Assembly (NCBI RefSeq): GCF_000195755.1
Contig: NC_002937.3
Location: forward strand, 450,001 to 482,000
Length of the DNA stretch: 32,000 bases
Reading direction: 5' to 3'
Source: Nitratidesulfovibrio vulgaris str. Hildenborough
Lineage (GTDB): Bacteria > Desulfobacterota > Desulfovibrionia > Desulfovibrionales > Desulfovibrionaceae
Numbering within the stretch: the stretch's first letter is position 1; every line of letters begins with the position of its first letter. A program made the translations under genes and the position numbers. This document shows positions 18,657 through 29,095 of the stretch, piece by piece. The notes beneath the pieces are model-generated. The model saw nothing but the letters and a program-made list of their open reading frames with translations. It had not been told where the DNA came from and made no database searches.

Positions 18657-20636
18657 GTGCGTGTGGTACGCCACTCTAGAGGAACCTGTAATCGGGGTTT
18701 GTATGAGGTTCGAGAATTGGCAAGAAACCGTACGTTGCAGCAGTGGGGTGTCGAAGACTCCGCTGAACTCTATGGTATCCGCAACTGGGGTGCGGGATAC
18801 TTCGATGTCGCACAGAACGGCGATGTCGTCGTATACCCCTTCGGTCATAACCGCGGTCCTGCCGTAAGCATTCCCGAGATCATCGGGGGCATGCGGGAGC
18901 GCGGCTACGACATGCCGGTGCTCCTGCGCATCGAGAACATCCTCGATTCCCAGATCACCAGTCTTCACACATCCTTTCGCAACGCCATCGGCTCGCTCGG
19001 CTACAAGGGCGAATACCGGGGCATCTTTCCCATCAAGGTCAATCAGCAGCAGCAGGTGGTCGAGAAGATCGCCCAGTTCGGTTCGCACTACCACCACGGT
19101 CTCGAGGTGGGCAGCAAGGCCGAGCTCATCGCCGCCGTCTCGCAACTGCGCGACCGCGAGGCGTGCCTCGTGTGCAACGGCTACAAGGACGAGGAGTTCA
19201 TCGACCTCGGCCTGCATGCGGTGCGTCTCGGCTTCATGTGCATCTTCGTACTGGAGATGCCGGGCGAACTCGACCTCATCCTCGAAAGGGGCGAGGCGCT
19301 CGGCGTGAAGCCCATCATCGGCGTCCGGGCCAAGCTTTCCGTCAAGGCGGGCGGGCACTGGACCGATTCGGGCGGCGAGCGTTCGACCTTCGGCCTCACC
19401 ACGTCGCAGATTGTGGACGTGGTGGACAGGCTCAAGGAAAAGGGCATGCTCGACTGCTTCAAGCTGCTGCACTACCATCTCGGGTCGCAGGTGCCCAACA
19501 TCCGCGACATCCGCGCCGCCGTCATGGAGGCTTGCCGCATCTATGCGGGCCTCGTGCAGGAAGGGGCGGCCATGGGCTTCCTCGACCTCGGCGGCGGTCT
19601 CGCCGTCGACTACGACGGTTCGCACACCAACTTCGTCAGCAGCCGTAACTACACGCTCGACGAATACTGCGCCGACATCGTCGAGGCGGTCATGACCACC
19701 CTCGACGAGCAGAACATCCCCCATCCCCATATCGTCACCGAGTCGGGGCGGGCCACCGTGGCCTACTATTCCATGCTGCTCTTCAACATCCTCGATGTGA
19801 GCCGCGTGGAGATAGGCAACCTGCCCGACGCCCTGCCCGAAGACACGCCCGAACCCGTGCGCAACATGCGCGAGGTGCTTGCGGGCATGACCCTGCGCAA
19901 CCTGCAGGAGTGCTACAACGACGCGCTCTACTACCGCGACGCCGTGCGGCAGCTCTTCCTGACAGGGCAGGTGACCCTGCGGCAGCGTACGCTCTCCGAG
20001 CGGCTGTTCTGGGCCATCATGAAGCGCATCGCGCAGGAGAAGCAGAAGCTCAAGCACGTGCCCAAGGACCTTGCCGAGATCGACGTGGCCCTCGCCGACA
20101 TCTACTACGGCAACTTCAGCGTGTTCCAGTCGCTGCCCGACTCGTGGGCCATCGACCAGCTTTTCCCCGTCATGCCCGTGCACAGGTTGCAGGAACTGCC
20201 GTCACGGCAGGGCATCCTTTCGGACATCACCTGCGACAGCGATGGCCGTATCGACCACTTCATCGACCCGCAGGGCATGAAGGGAACCCTCGACCTGCAT
20301 CCCCTGCGTGATGGCGAGGAATACTACCTCGGCGTCTTTCTCGTGGGGGCCTATCAGGAGACGCTGGGCGACCTGCACAACCTGCTTGGCGACACCAACG
20401 TGGTCAGCGTGCGCGTGCATGAGGACGGCACCTACGAGTTCGTCCGCGAGATACGCGGCGACTCCGTGGCCGACATCCTCTCCTACGTGGAGTATGATCC
20501 TCGCAGGATATACGAGGACATCCGCGAACTGGCCGAACGTGCGGTGCGCGAAGGGCGCATCACCGCCTCCGACCGTTTCCGGGTGATGCAGGCCTACGAA
20601 GACGGACTCCGCGGCTACACCTACTTCGAACGGTAA
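18657..20636 (+). CDS. speA: Biosynthetic arginine decarboxylase (PLP-dependent)
   Basis: Motifs ELYGIRNWGAGYFDV, FPIKVNQQQ, GLEVGSKAEL, HYHLGSQ, LDLGGGLAVDYDG. There is no in-frame ATG near the N-terminus. 18657 (GTG) is the outer bound. The TTGs at 18699 and 18717 (the latter 8 nt after GAGG) are plausible true starts. Confidence 0.9.
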   Translation: MRVVRHSRGTCNRGLYEVRELARNRTLQQWGVEDSAELYGIRNWGAGYFDVAQNGDVVVYPFGHNRGPAVSIPEIIGGMRERGYDMPVLLRIENILDSQITSLHTSFRNAIGSLGYKGEYRGIFPIKVNQQQQVVEKIAQFGSHYHHGLEVGSKAELIAAVSQLRDREACLVCNGYKDEEFIDLGLHAVRLGFMCIFVLEMPGELDLILERGEALGVKPIIGVRAKLSVKAGGHWTDSGGERSTFGLTTSQIVDVVDRLKEKGMLDCFKLLHYHLGSQVPNIRDIRAAVMEACRIYAGLVQEGAAMGFLDLGGGLAVDYDGSHTNFVSSRNYTLDEYCADIVEAVMTTLDEQNIPHPHIVTESGRATVAYYSMLLFNILDVSRVEIGNLPDALPEDTPEPVRNMREVLAGMTLRNLQECYNDALYYRDAVRQLFLTGQVTLRQRTLSERLFWAIMKRIAQEKQKLKHVPKDLAEIDVALADIYYGNFSVFQSLPDSWAIDQLFPVMPVHRLQELPSRQGILSDITCDSDGRIDHFIDPQGMKGTLDLHPLRDGEEYYLGVFLVGAYQETLGDLHNLLGDTNVVSVRVHEDGTYEFVREIRGDSVADILSYVEYDPRRIYEDIRELAERAVREGRITASDRFRVMQAYEDGLRGYTYFER

Positions 20637-20884
20637 CGGAAAGGGGCGCGCCCGCCGCAGGCGGGGTGTGCCCCTACCCGGTGATTCCCGGCCCGGTGCA
20701 TCATGCGTGCGTCGTGCAGGGGTGTCGTATATGCTGTGTCCGGGCTTCTCGTTCTGATGGTCCCGGAACAGAAGCAAGGTGGCGTGTGACATGGGCTGGC
20801 GTGTTGCGTCCGGCCCCGTGACAGGATCATATGGCGGCAAGTCGCCCCTCTCCGGGGGCATGTGTGCCGCAAAGGAGATGCGCT

Positions 20885-22075
<1,191 letters not shown>

Positions 22076-22085
22076 TCTGACACGG

Positions 22086-22120
22086 GACGGGGGCCGCGAG
22101 AGTGCGACCCCCGTCTTCTC
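22086..22120 (+). terminator. Terminator-like hairpin after the dehydrogenase gene
   Basis: GACGGGGG (22086-22093) / CCCCCGTC (22108-22115): an 8-bp stem with a 14-nt partly self-paired loop, then TTCTC. The U-tract is weak, so it could be an attenuator or a partial terminator. Confidence 0.4.
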
Positions 22121-22352
22121 GAATGTCGTCGCGTCCCTGCCGTAAACGGATGTGCCTATCCGCAAGCGTAAGGATCGATCGACGCAGTGGACGTATTCCG
22201 GGTTTCGTGCCGTCCCGGCGCGCCTGACCACGCCGTGGCGCAGTCTTCACCGTCAGTGCCCGTCGGTTGCCCCGTGTCGTCCGCGCACAACCTCCTGCAC
22301 AGTGGCAAGCTACCGGTAGATGCTGTCCGGCCTACCCCTATGGAGACCACCC

Positions 22353-23525
<1,173 letters not shown>

Positions 23526-23566
23526 GCAGGTGACGCGGCGTCCATTCAACGTTCAAGGAGGCACCC

Positions 23567-23956
23567 ATGTGCGGCCAGTGCGACCCGAAGAGAAGGCCCG
23601 TTGCGTCGGTGGCACCCCCGCCGGGCACTCCGCCGTCTGTGGAGGTATCCCCCGAGGCACGGGAGTACATCGCAAGGCGTGGCGGCGTGGTCAGCCTCTG
23701 GCAACGTCTGCAGGCCGGTTGCGGCTGAGCGGGGTGCGGCTCGGTATCGAGCCTCCCCGCCGTGAGCGTGGGAGAACCCGTGGCGGGCAAGATGCCCCGC
23801 GACATGCAACGGACTGAACGTGACGGGCTGGTGCTCTGGGTGGACGCCCGGCTTGAACCGGCACCGGGGGCGACTTCGGTGGTGGTGGCGTTGCGGCGGC
23901 TGTTCGGTCTCATCCCCTATCTCGACATCAAGGCGCGTGAACACCTGCGCCGCTGA
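23567..23956 (+). CDS. Candidate selenoprotein (129 codons, Sec at codon 54 encoded by the TGA at 23726-23728); function unknown
   Basis: AAGGAGG lies 5 nt upstream of the ATG at 23567. The single in-frame TGA sits in the context ...LQAGCG-[TGA]-AGCGSV.... The same frame continues open to the TGA at 23954-23956 and includes the listed 64-aa ORF (23762..23956). Third-position GC looks high on both sides of the TGA. A hairpin begins immediately 3' of the TGA. If the TGA is not recoded, the product is a 53-aa peptide. Confidence 0.6.
23729..23760 (+). other. SECIS-like stem-loop immediately downstream of the in-frame UGA
   Basis: Lower stem GCGGGG (23729-34) / CCCCGC (23755-60). Asymmetric internal loop UGC versus U. 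Upper stem GGCUCG (23738-43) / CGAGCC (23748-53). Apical loop GUAU (23744-47). All pairs were checked base by base. Confidence 0.6.
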
Positions 23957-23966
23957 AGGAACATCC

Positions 23967-24839
23967 ATGACAGACTCGCCGCACAAGCGTTTTCTGGCTT
24001 CCGAACTGGACGATATCGCGCCGGAAGAGGCCCGGTTCCATGTCATCCCCGCGCCTTTCGAAGCCTCTGTCTCGTATGGAGGGGGAACGGGCGCAGGGCC
24101 TGACGCCATCCTCGACGCCTCTGACCAGCTTGAGTTGTGGGACGGGTTATCCATCCCGGCGGCGCAGGGCATCCACACGCACCCCCCCGTGGACTGCACG
24201 GGCGACGCCGAGGCGGTTCTCGACCGCATCTCCCGAGCGACCCGAAGCGTTCTTGATGCGGGGGGGACGCCTGTCCTGCTGGGTGGTGAGCACACCGTCA
24301 CCTATGGGGCACTTGCGGCCCTGCGTGAACGGTTCGGCCGATTCGGGGTGGTGCAGTTCGATGCCCATGCCGACTTGCGCGACAGCTACGAGGGGTCGCG
24401 GTGGAGTCACGCCAGCGTGATGCGGCGTGCCGTGTCCGACCTTGGGCTACCGCTTGTGCAGTACGGGGTGCGCGCCTTGTGCACGGAAGAGGTGGCTTTC
24501 CGGCGTGAAGCCGGGGTGACGCACTGGGATGCGGCGCAACTGGCCCGTTCAGGCGTGCCTGCACGACCGCTTCCCGATGACTTTCCGGAAAGTGTCTATG
24601 TGACTTTCGATGTGGACGGCCTCGACCCTTCCATCATGCCCGCCACGGGAACGCCCGTGCCGGGTGGGCTTGGCTGGTATGATGCCCTGCGGCTGGTGGA
24701 ACGTTCCGTGTCCGGACGCAGGGTGCTCGGTTTCGATGTCGTTGAACTCGCCCCCATCGCAGGATGGCACGCCGCCGATTTCGCGGCAGCGCGGCTGGTC
24801 TACGACATCATGGGCATCATCCAGCGCATGGCCCGATGA
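23967..24839 (+). CDS. speB: Agmatinase (ureohydrolase/arginase family)
   Basis: 290 aa from the ATG at 23967, with GAAGGAA upstream. Mn-binding motifs GGEHTVT, QFDAHADLRD and VTFDVDGLDP. It starts 10 nt after the stop of the candidate Sec ORF. Confidence 0.88.
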   Translation: MTDSPHKRFLASELDDIAPEEARFHVIPAPFEASVSYGGGTGAGPDAILDASDQLELWDGLSIPAAQGIHTHPPVDCTGDAEAVLDRISRATRSVLDAGGTPVLLGGEHTVTYGALAALRERFGRFGVVQFDAHADLRDSYEGSRWSHASVMRRAVSDLGLPLVQYGVRALCTEEVAFRREAGVTHWDAAQLARSGVPARPLPDDFPESVYVTFDVDGLDPSIMPATGTPVPGGLGWYDALRLVERSVSGRRVLGFDVVELAPIAGWHAADFAAARLVYDIMGIIQRMAR

Positions 24840-24950
24840 CAGGCCGCTTCGTACGCTTCTGCGGTCGCGCGGCTTCGGGGTGATTCCCTGCGCGATGGCT
24901 TGCAGCACGCCTCGCCGGACCTCGTCGGGCGTGGCCCCCGGAATGGAAGG

Positions 24951-24986
24951 AACATCCCCCGTGCGGTTCTTCGCATGGGGGATGTT
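24951..24986 (+). terminator. Strong hairpin downstream of speB, probable end of the polyamine transcription unit
   Basis: AACATCCCCC (24951-60) / GGGGGATGTT (24977-86), 10 bp perfect. An inner extension TGCG/CGCA surrounds a 6-nt loop. It is followed by GCGTTTC, a weak U-tract. Confidence 0.45.
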
Positions 24987-25146
24987 GCGTTTCAGGGGCT
25001 CATTGCGTTCGCATCCCCGTGAGAGCGATACCGGGCCGATGCACCCCGGTGGGCGTTCCGGAGGAACGCTTCTGACTGGCGCATCGGCGTGACCTACTGC
25101 CAGTGTCGCAGATTGCGGCGCTGTAGCTGCACAACGCGGGCGGCTG

Positions 25147-28100
25147 TCAGGGATGGTCGAATGAAAGTTCGCCGGGCGCGACATTGACGTCGAAGCAGAC
25201 GCCCCGGCGCAGCAGGTCGAACAGCCGGTCTCCGGGTACGGCGGGACTGAAGAGAAAGCCCTGCACAACACGGCAGCCATGGTCACGCAGGAAGTGCATC
25301 TGCGCACCGGTCTCCACGCCTTCGGCGATGACGTCGAGGTCGAGATTGCGTGCCATGGCGAGCATGGTCAGGGCGATGGTGCGGCTTCCGGCCACGTGGG
25401 GCAGGTCGCGCACGAAACTCTGGTCTATCTTCAGGGTGTGCAGGGGCATGTGCTTGAGGTGGTACAGCGAGGAATACCCCGTGCCGAAGTCGTCGACGGC
25501 GAGCGTGATGCCGAGGGCCGCCAGCCGGTCGAGTCGGCGCAGGGTGCGCGTCACATCCGACATGATGGCGCTCTCCGTGATTTCGAGTTCGAGGCGCTCG
25601 GGCGGGACGCCCGTATCACGAAGCGCAGCCAGCACTCGCCCCACAAGGTCTGCGTGGCGGCATTGCACCAGTGACAGGTTCACCGCCATGGTGATGTCGG
25701 GCAGTCCTTCATCCATGAGTGCGCGGGTGAAGGCGAGTGAACTGCGAAGCATGTGTTCGCCGAGGTCGAAGATGAGGCCAAGGTCTTCGGCTACGGGAAT
25801 GAACTCGCCGGGCGAGATGCGTGTCCCATCGGGCAGTGTCCACCGGGCCAGTGCCTCGGCCCCCACGATGCGCCCGGTGGCGAGGTCCACACGGGGCTGG
25901 AAGTGCGGCACGATTTCGCCATGACGCAAGGCGTGGCGCAATCGTCCCTCGAGTTCCATGCGGCTGCGTATCCTGTCGTGGAGGTGGGGCGAGAACCGCT
26001 CATAGGTGTTCTTGCCCTGCGCCTTGGCGCGATACATGGCGAGGTCGGCGTTGGTGAGCAGTTCGTCCGGCCCCTTGCCGTCGGCGGGATGGATGGCGAT
26101 GCCGATGCTGAGCCCGACATGGAGTTCCCTGTCGAGCAGTGCGATAGGTTGCGAGAAGTGATGCAGGATGCGCTCGGCCACGAGCACGACCTCGCGTTCT
26201 TCACCGGGGTTGGCCACGAGGATGACATACTCGTCGCCCCCAAGCCGCGAGAGGGTGTCCTCGGGACGGATGAGCAGGGTGAGATGCTCTGCCACCTCGG
26301 CAATGAACTTGTCACCGGCCTCATGCCCGAGGCTGTCGTTGATGGTCTTGAAGTTGTCGATGTCGATGTACAGCAGCCCGCATAGCCTGCCCGTGCCCTG
26401 TCCCTCCTTGAGTTCGCCTGCCAGACGTTCCAGCAGCAACGCACGGTTGGGAAGTCCGGTGAGGGCGTCGTGCATCCCCTGATAGCGTATCTGCGCCTCC
26501 TTGGCCTTGAGGTCCGAGATGTCGTGGAAGAGGGCCACATAGTTGGTCGTGGCGCCCGACTCGTCGCGGATGGCACTGATGCTGAGCCATTCAGGGTAGT
26601 TCTCGCCGTTGATGCGGCGGTTCCATATCTCGCCTTCCCATGCGCCGCGTTCATGTAGCGAGTGCCACAGGCGTTCGTAGAATCCGCGGTCATGCCTGTT
26701 GGATTTGAGGATGCGCGGGTTGCGCCCCACGGCGTCGCGTTCGTTCCAGCCGGTGATGGTGGTGAATGCCGGGTTGACGGCGAGGATGGCGCCCGAGGCG
26801 TCGGTGATGAGGATGCCCTCAAGGGCATTGCGGAAGACGAGTTCGAAGAGGTTGAGGCGGTGCTCAGTGTGAATCCGCGACGAGATGTCGCGGAGTGCGA
26901 CGAGAAGGGTGCGCTCTCCCTCGATGTCCAGAGAACGGACGCTGACTTCAGCAGGGAACGCTACGCCCCCGCGGAGAAGCTCGGTACGGGTGCGCAGCGG
27001 GGTGTCTTCACTCTCCGGGACGGGCAGGGCGTGCCCTTCCCGGCATATGTCGCGGGCTTTCAGGGCCAGCAGTTCATGGCGCGACAGCCCGAGGGTGGCT
27101 TCGGCCATGCGGTTGCAATCGAGCAGGGTCCCGTCGTCCCGCTGGAGTAGCAGTCCGTCGGGCGCGTAGTCGAAGAGGGCGCGGAAGCGTGTGGAGGAGC
27201 GGTGGAGTGCCTCGTTGGCCACACGCAGTTCTTCCGTGCGGGTCGCGACCATGGCCTCGATGTTGGTGAGTCGCTGGCGCAGTCCCGCCTCGGTGTTCTT
27301 GAGGGCGGAGATTTCCATGGCGACCGTGCCGACCCCTTGCATGCCTCCGGAATGGTCGCGAACCGGGAAACGTTGCACGAGGAACGTCCTGTCGCTGCCA
27401 TCGTGTCCGTACCGCGGCAGGGTGACTTCCAGTTGTGACGGGGTGCCTTCACGCTGCATCCGTTCATTGTCGGCCGCCAGCAGCGCGGCGATGCGTTCGG
27501 GCAGGAGTTCGGCACGGTGCCTGCCGCGTGCGATGCCGTCCGGAAGGCGCAAGAGGGTGTGCCCCGCCTTGTTGAGCAACTGGACCCGCCCCTCGAAGTC
27601 CGTGAGGGCGAGCAGTCCCGGCATCTCATCCAGCAGAATCTGCCACGGGGCGTAAGGCCCCATGCCCGATGCCGGGTCGACATCGGGCGCGAAGGTGTCG
27701 TCATCCGTGTGGAGGACTATCGACAGGACCGCTGTTCCCCATGCCGTTCGCGGCAGGGGGATTGAGGTGCACCGCACGGGTTGTTCCTCTGCGGAGAGGG
27801 GGATGGTGTGCGCGTGGGCCTCCATACGCAAGAGCGTGGCCCTGTCCGCCTGCCGTAGTGCTCTGGCGCTGCTCTTGGGGAGCACGCTTTCGGGCGGGGC
27901 GTTACGGAATGCACGTTCGGGGATGCCGAAGAGCGCCGCGAAGGCGGGGCTGACGAAGCGGAAGATGGAGTCTGCGTCACGCAGGGCTACGGGCAGACCG
28001 CTATGACGGAGTGAGAGCAACGTGTCTGCAGAAGGGGGCGTGAGGTCTAGGCATACCAGAAGACCATCCTCGCCGGGAAGCGAGGTGAACGTTGCCCTGC

Positions 28101-28344
28101 ACGCTGTCGGCCCCTCGCGGCACAGCAGGAGGGCATTGCCCGACCATGGAGGGACAGGGGTGCGGGGCGTCGTCTGCAGCACTGTCTCGAGGCGTACGCC
28201 GCACACCTCTCCGAGGAGGGCCTCCCCGCTGGCGTCGGCGTGTCGTACCACGCCGTCGACGCCCACGCGCAAGACAGCGAAGTTGGTGGCTTCTGCCGTC
28301 TGAAGCGTGCGAGGTGACTGGCTGCCTTCGGGGGAAAGTCGCAT
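25147..28344 (-). CDS. Multi-PAS / GGDEF / EAL signalling protein (c-di-GMP turnover)
   Basis: The ATG at 28344 (MRLSPEGS) is preceded by GGAGG plus a 4-nt spacer. There are up to five PAS-like segments; the last has a clear PAC motif. The GGDEF signature is GGDEY. EAL motifs are intact (EALARW, EITE, DDFGTGYSSL, KIDQSF, EGVETG, QGFLFSPA). Confidence 0.88.
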   Translation of the reverse strand: MRLSPEGSQSPRTLQTAEATNFAVLRVGVDGVVRHADASGEALLGEVCGVRLETVLQTTPRTPVPPWSGNALLLCREGPTACRATFTSLPGEDGLLVCLDLTPPSADTLLSLRHSGLPVALRDADSIFRFVSPAFAALFGIPERAFRNAPPESVLPKSSARALRQADRATLLRMEAHAHTIPLSAEEQPVRCTSIPLPRTAWGTAVLSIVLHTDDDTFAPDVDPASGMGPYAPWQILLDEMPGLLALTDFEGRVQLLNKAGHTLLRLPDGIARGRHRAELLPERIAALLAADNERMQREGTPSQLEVTLPRYGHDGSDRTFLVQRFPVRDHSGGMQGVGTVAMEISALKNTEAGLRQRLTNIEAMVATRTEELRVANEALHRSSTRFRALFDYAPDGLLLQRDDGTLLDCNRMAEATLGLSRHELLALKARDICREGHALPVPESEDTPLRTRTELLRGGVAFPAEVSVRSLDIEGERTLLVALRDISSRIHTEHRLNLFELVFRNALEGILITDASGAILAVNPAFTTITGWNERDAVGRNPRILKSNRHDRGFYERLWHSLHERGAWEGEIWNRRINGENYPEWLSISAIRDESGATTNYVALFHDISDLKAKEAQIRYQGMHDALTGLPNRALLLERLAGELKEGQGTGRLCGLLYIDIDNFKTINDSLGHEAGDKFIAEVAEHLTLLIRPEDTLSRLGGDEYVILVANPGEEREVVLVAERILHHFSQPIALLDRELHVGLSIGIAIHPADGKGPDELLTNADLAMYRAKAQGKNTYERFSPHLHDRIRSRMELEGRLRHALRHGEIVPHFQPRVDLATGRIVGAEALARWTLPDGTRISPGEFIPVAEDLGLIFDLGEHMLRSSLAFTRALMDEGLPDITMAVNLSLVQCRHADLVGRVLAALRDTGVPPERLELEITESAIMSDVTRTLRRLDRLAALGITLAVDDFGTGYSSLYHLKHMPLHTLKIDQSFVRDLPHVAGSRTIALTMLAMARNLDLDVIAEGVETGAQMHFLRDHGCRVVQGFLFSPAVPGDRLFDLLRRGVCFDVNVAPGELSFDHP

Positions 28345-28523
28345 GTGGCCTCCGTTAGGGAACATCAATTTCCGAGTATATGCGAACTGTGCTCCTGCGC
28401 AACCACTTCGGCATACCTGACAGGCACGGGCTTGCCTTGCGTGTGGCAACGTGCAACTATGCGCCAGAATCAGTGAACCTCATGCTGCCCCTGCAGGGGA
28501 GCAGAACACCTATGGAGGTGCCG

Positions 28524-28943
28524 ATGTCGTTTTCGAAGATACTGCTTCCCGTCGACGGCTCCGAACATGCCCGACTGGCGTTGCGACATGCCCTGGCCCT
28601 GGCCGAGGGGGGCTCCACAGTCGTGCTTGTGCACAGTTACGGTGATATCCCGGCACTGATAGGTGGTGAGGCACGAGAGCAACTCATGAAGGAATGCGTG
28701 ACCGAGGCCGACGCATTGCTCGAGCCATACAGGACCGCACTTTCCGGTGCGGGTGTGCCCTATGTGGAACATGTGGTCGTCGGTGCGCCGGTGCAGGCCA
28801 TTCTCTCCGTCTGCGAGAGGGAGGCGTGCGACCTCATCGTCATGGGGTCGCGGGGGCTGACCGACTTCGAGGGAATGGTCATGGGCAGCGTCGCCCACGG
28901 GGTGCTGCACCAGAGCACCGTTCCGGTACTGGTCGCGCGATAG
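28524..28943 (+). CDS. Universal stress protein (UspA family)
   Basis: 139 aa from the ATG at 28524, with GGAGG plus a 5-nt spacer. MSFSKILLPVDGSEHA start and C-terminal GSRGL...GSVA..V motif. Confidence 0.85.
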   Translation: MSFSKILLPVDGSEHARLALRHALALAEGGSTVVLVHSYGDIPALIGGEAREQLMKECVTEADALLEPYRTALSGAGVPYVEHVVVGAPVQAILSVCEREACDLIVMGSRGLTDFEGMVMGSVAHGVLHQSTVPVLVAR

Positions 28944-29095
28944 CAGGAAATCGACGGGCGGCATGGTCGGTCTTGCGTCCGTGCCGCCCCTCTCCATATG
29001 ACGAGGACGAGAGGTGCGCAGGGTGAACCTGCGCCACCGGACTCTGGACGATTGCGGAACGGAACGGGAGAAGCCATCACCGACACCGGAATGCC

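Noticed and set aside
20793-20807. GGGCTG-GCGTG-TTGCG upstream of the dehydrogenase gene, with correct GG-N10-GC spacing.
   Set aside because: It lacks the T of TGGC and the AC of the -24 box. In GC-rich DNA such partial matches are expected by chance. Noted only as a weak possibility.
23530-23817. 95-aa plus-strand ORF (GTG start) overlapping the candidate Sec gene in another frame. Also the option of treating 23762..23956 as a stand-alone 64-aa gene.
   Set aside because: The 23530 ORF has no RBS, starts 5 nt after the nspC stop and is Arg/Gly-rich. The 23762 GTG has no SD and falls immediately after the hairpin. By contrast the ATG at 23567 has AAGGAGG at ideal spacing and shares the frame of the 64-aa tail. 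A two-small-ORF reading is kept as the alternative hypothesis under the main finding.
28488-28499. 12-bp palindrome CCCCTGCAGGGG just upstream of the usp RBS.
   Set aside because: It is short, centred on a PstI-type palindrome and unsupported by any flanking repeat. It is too weak to call an operator or a structure.
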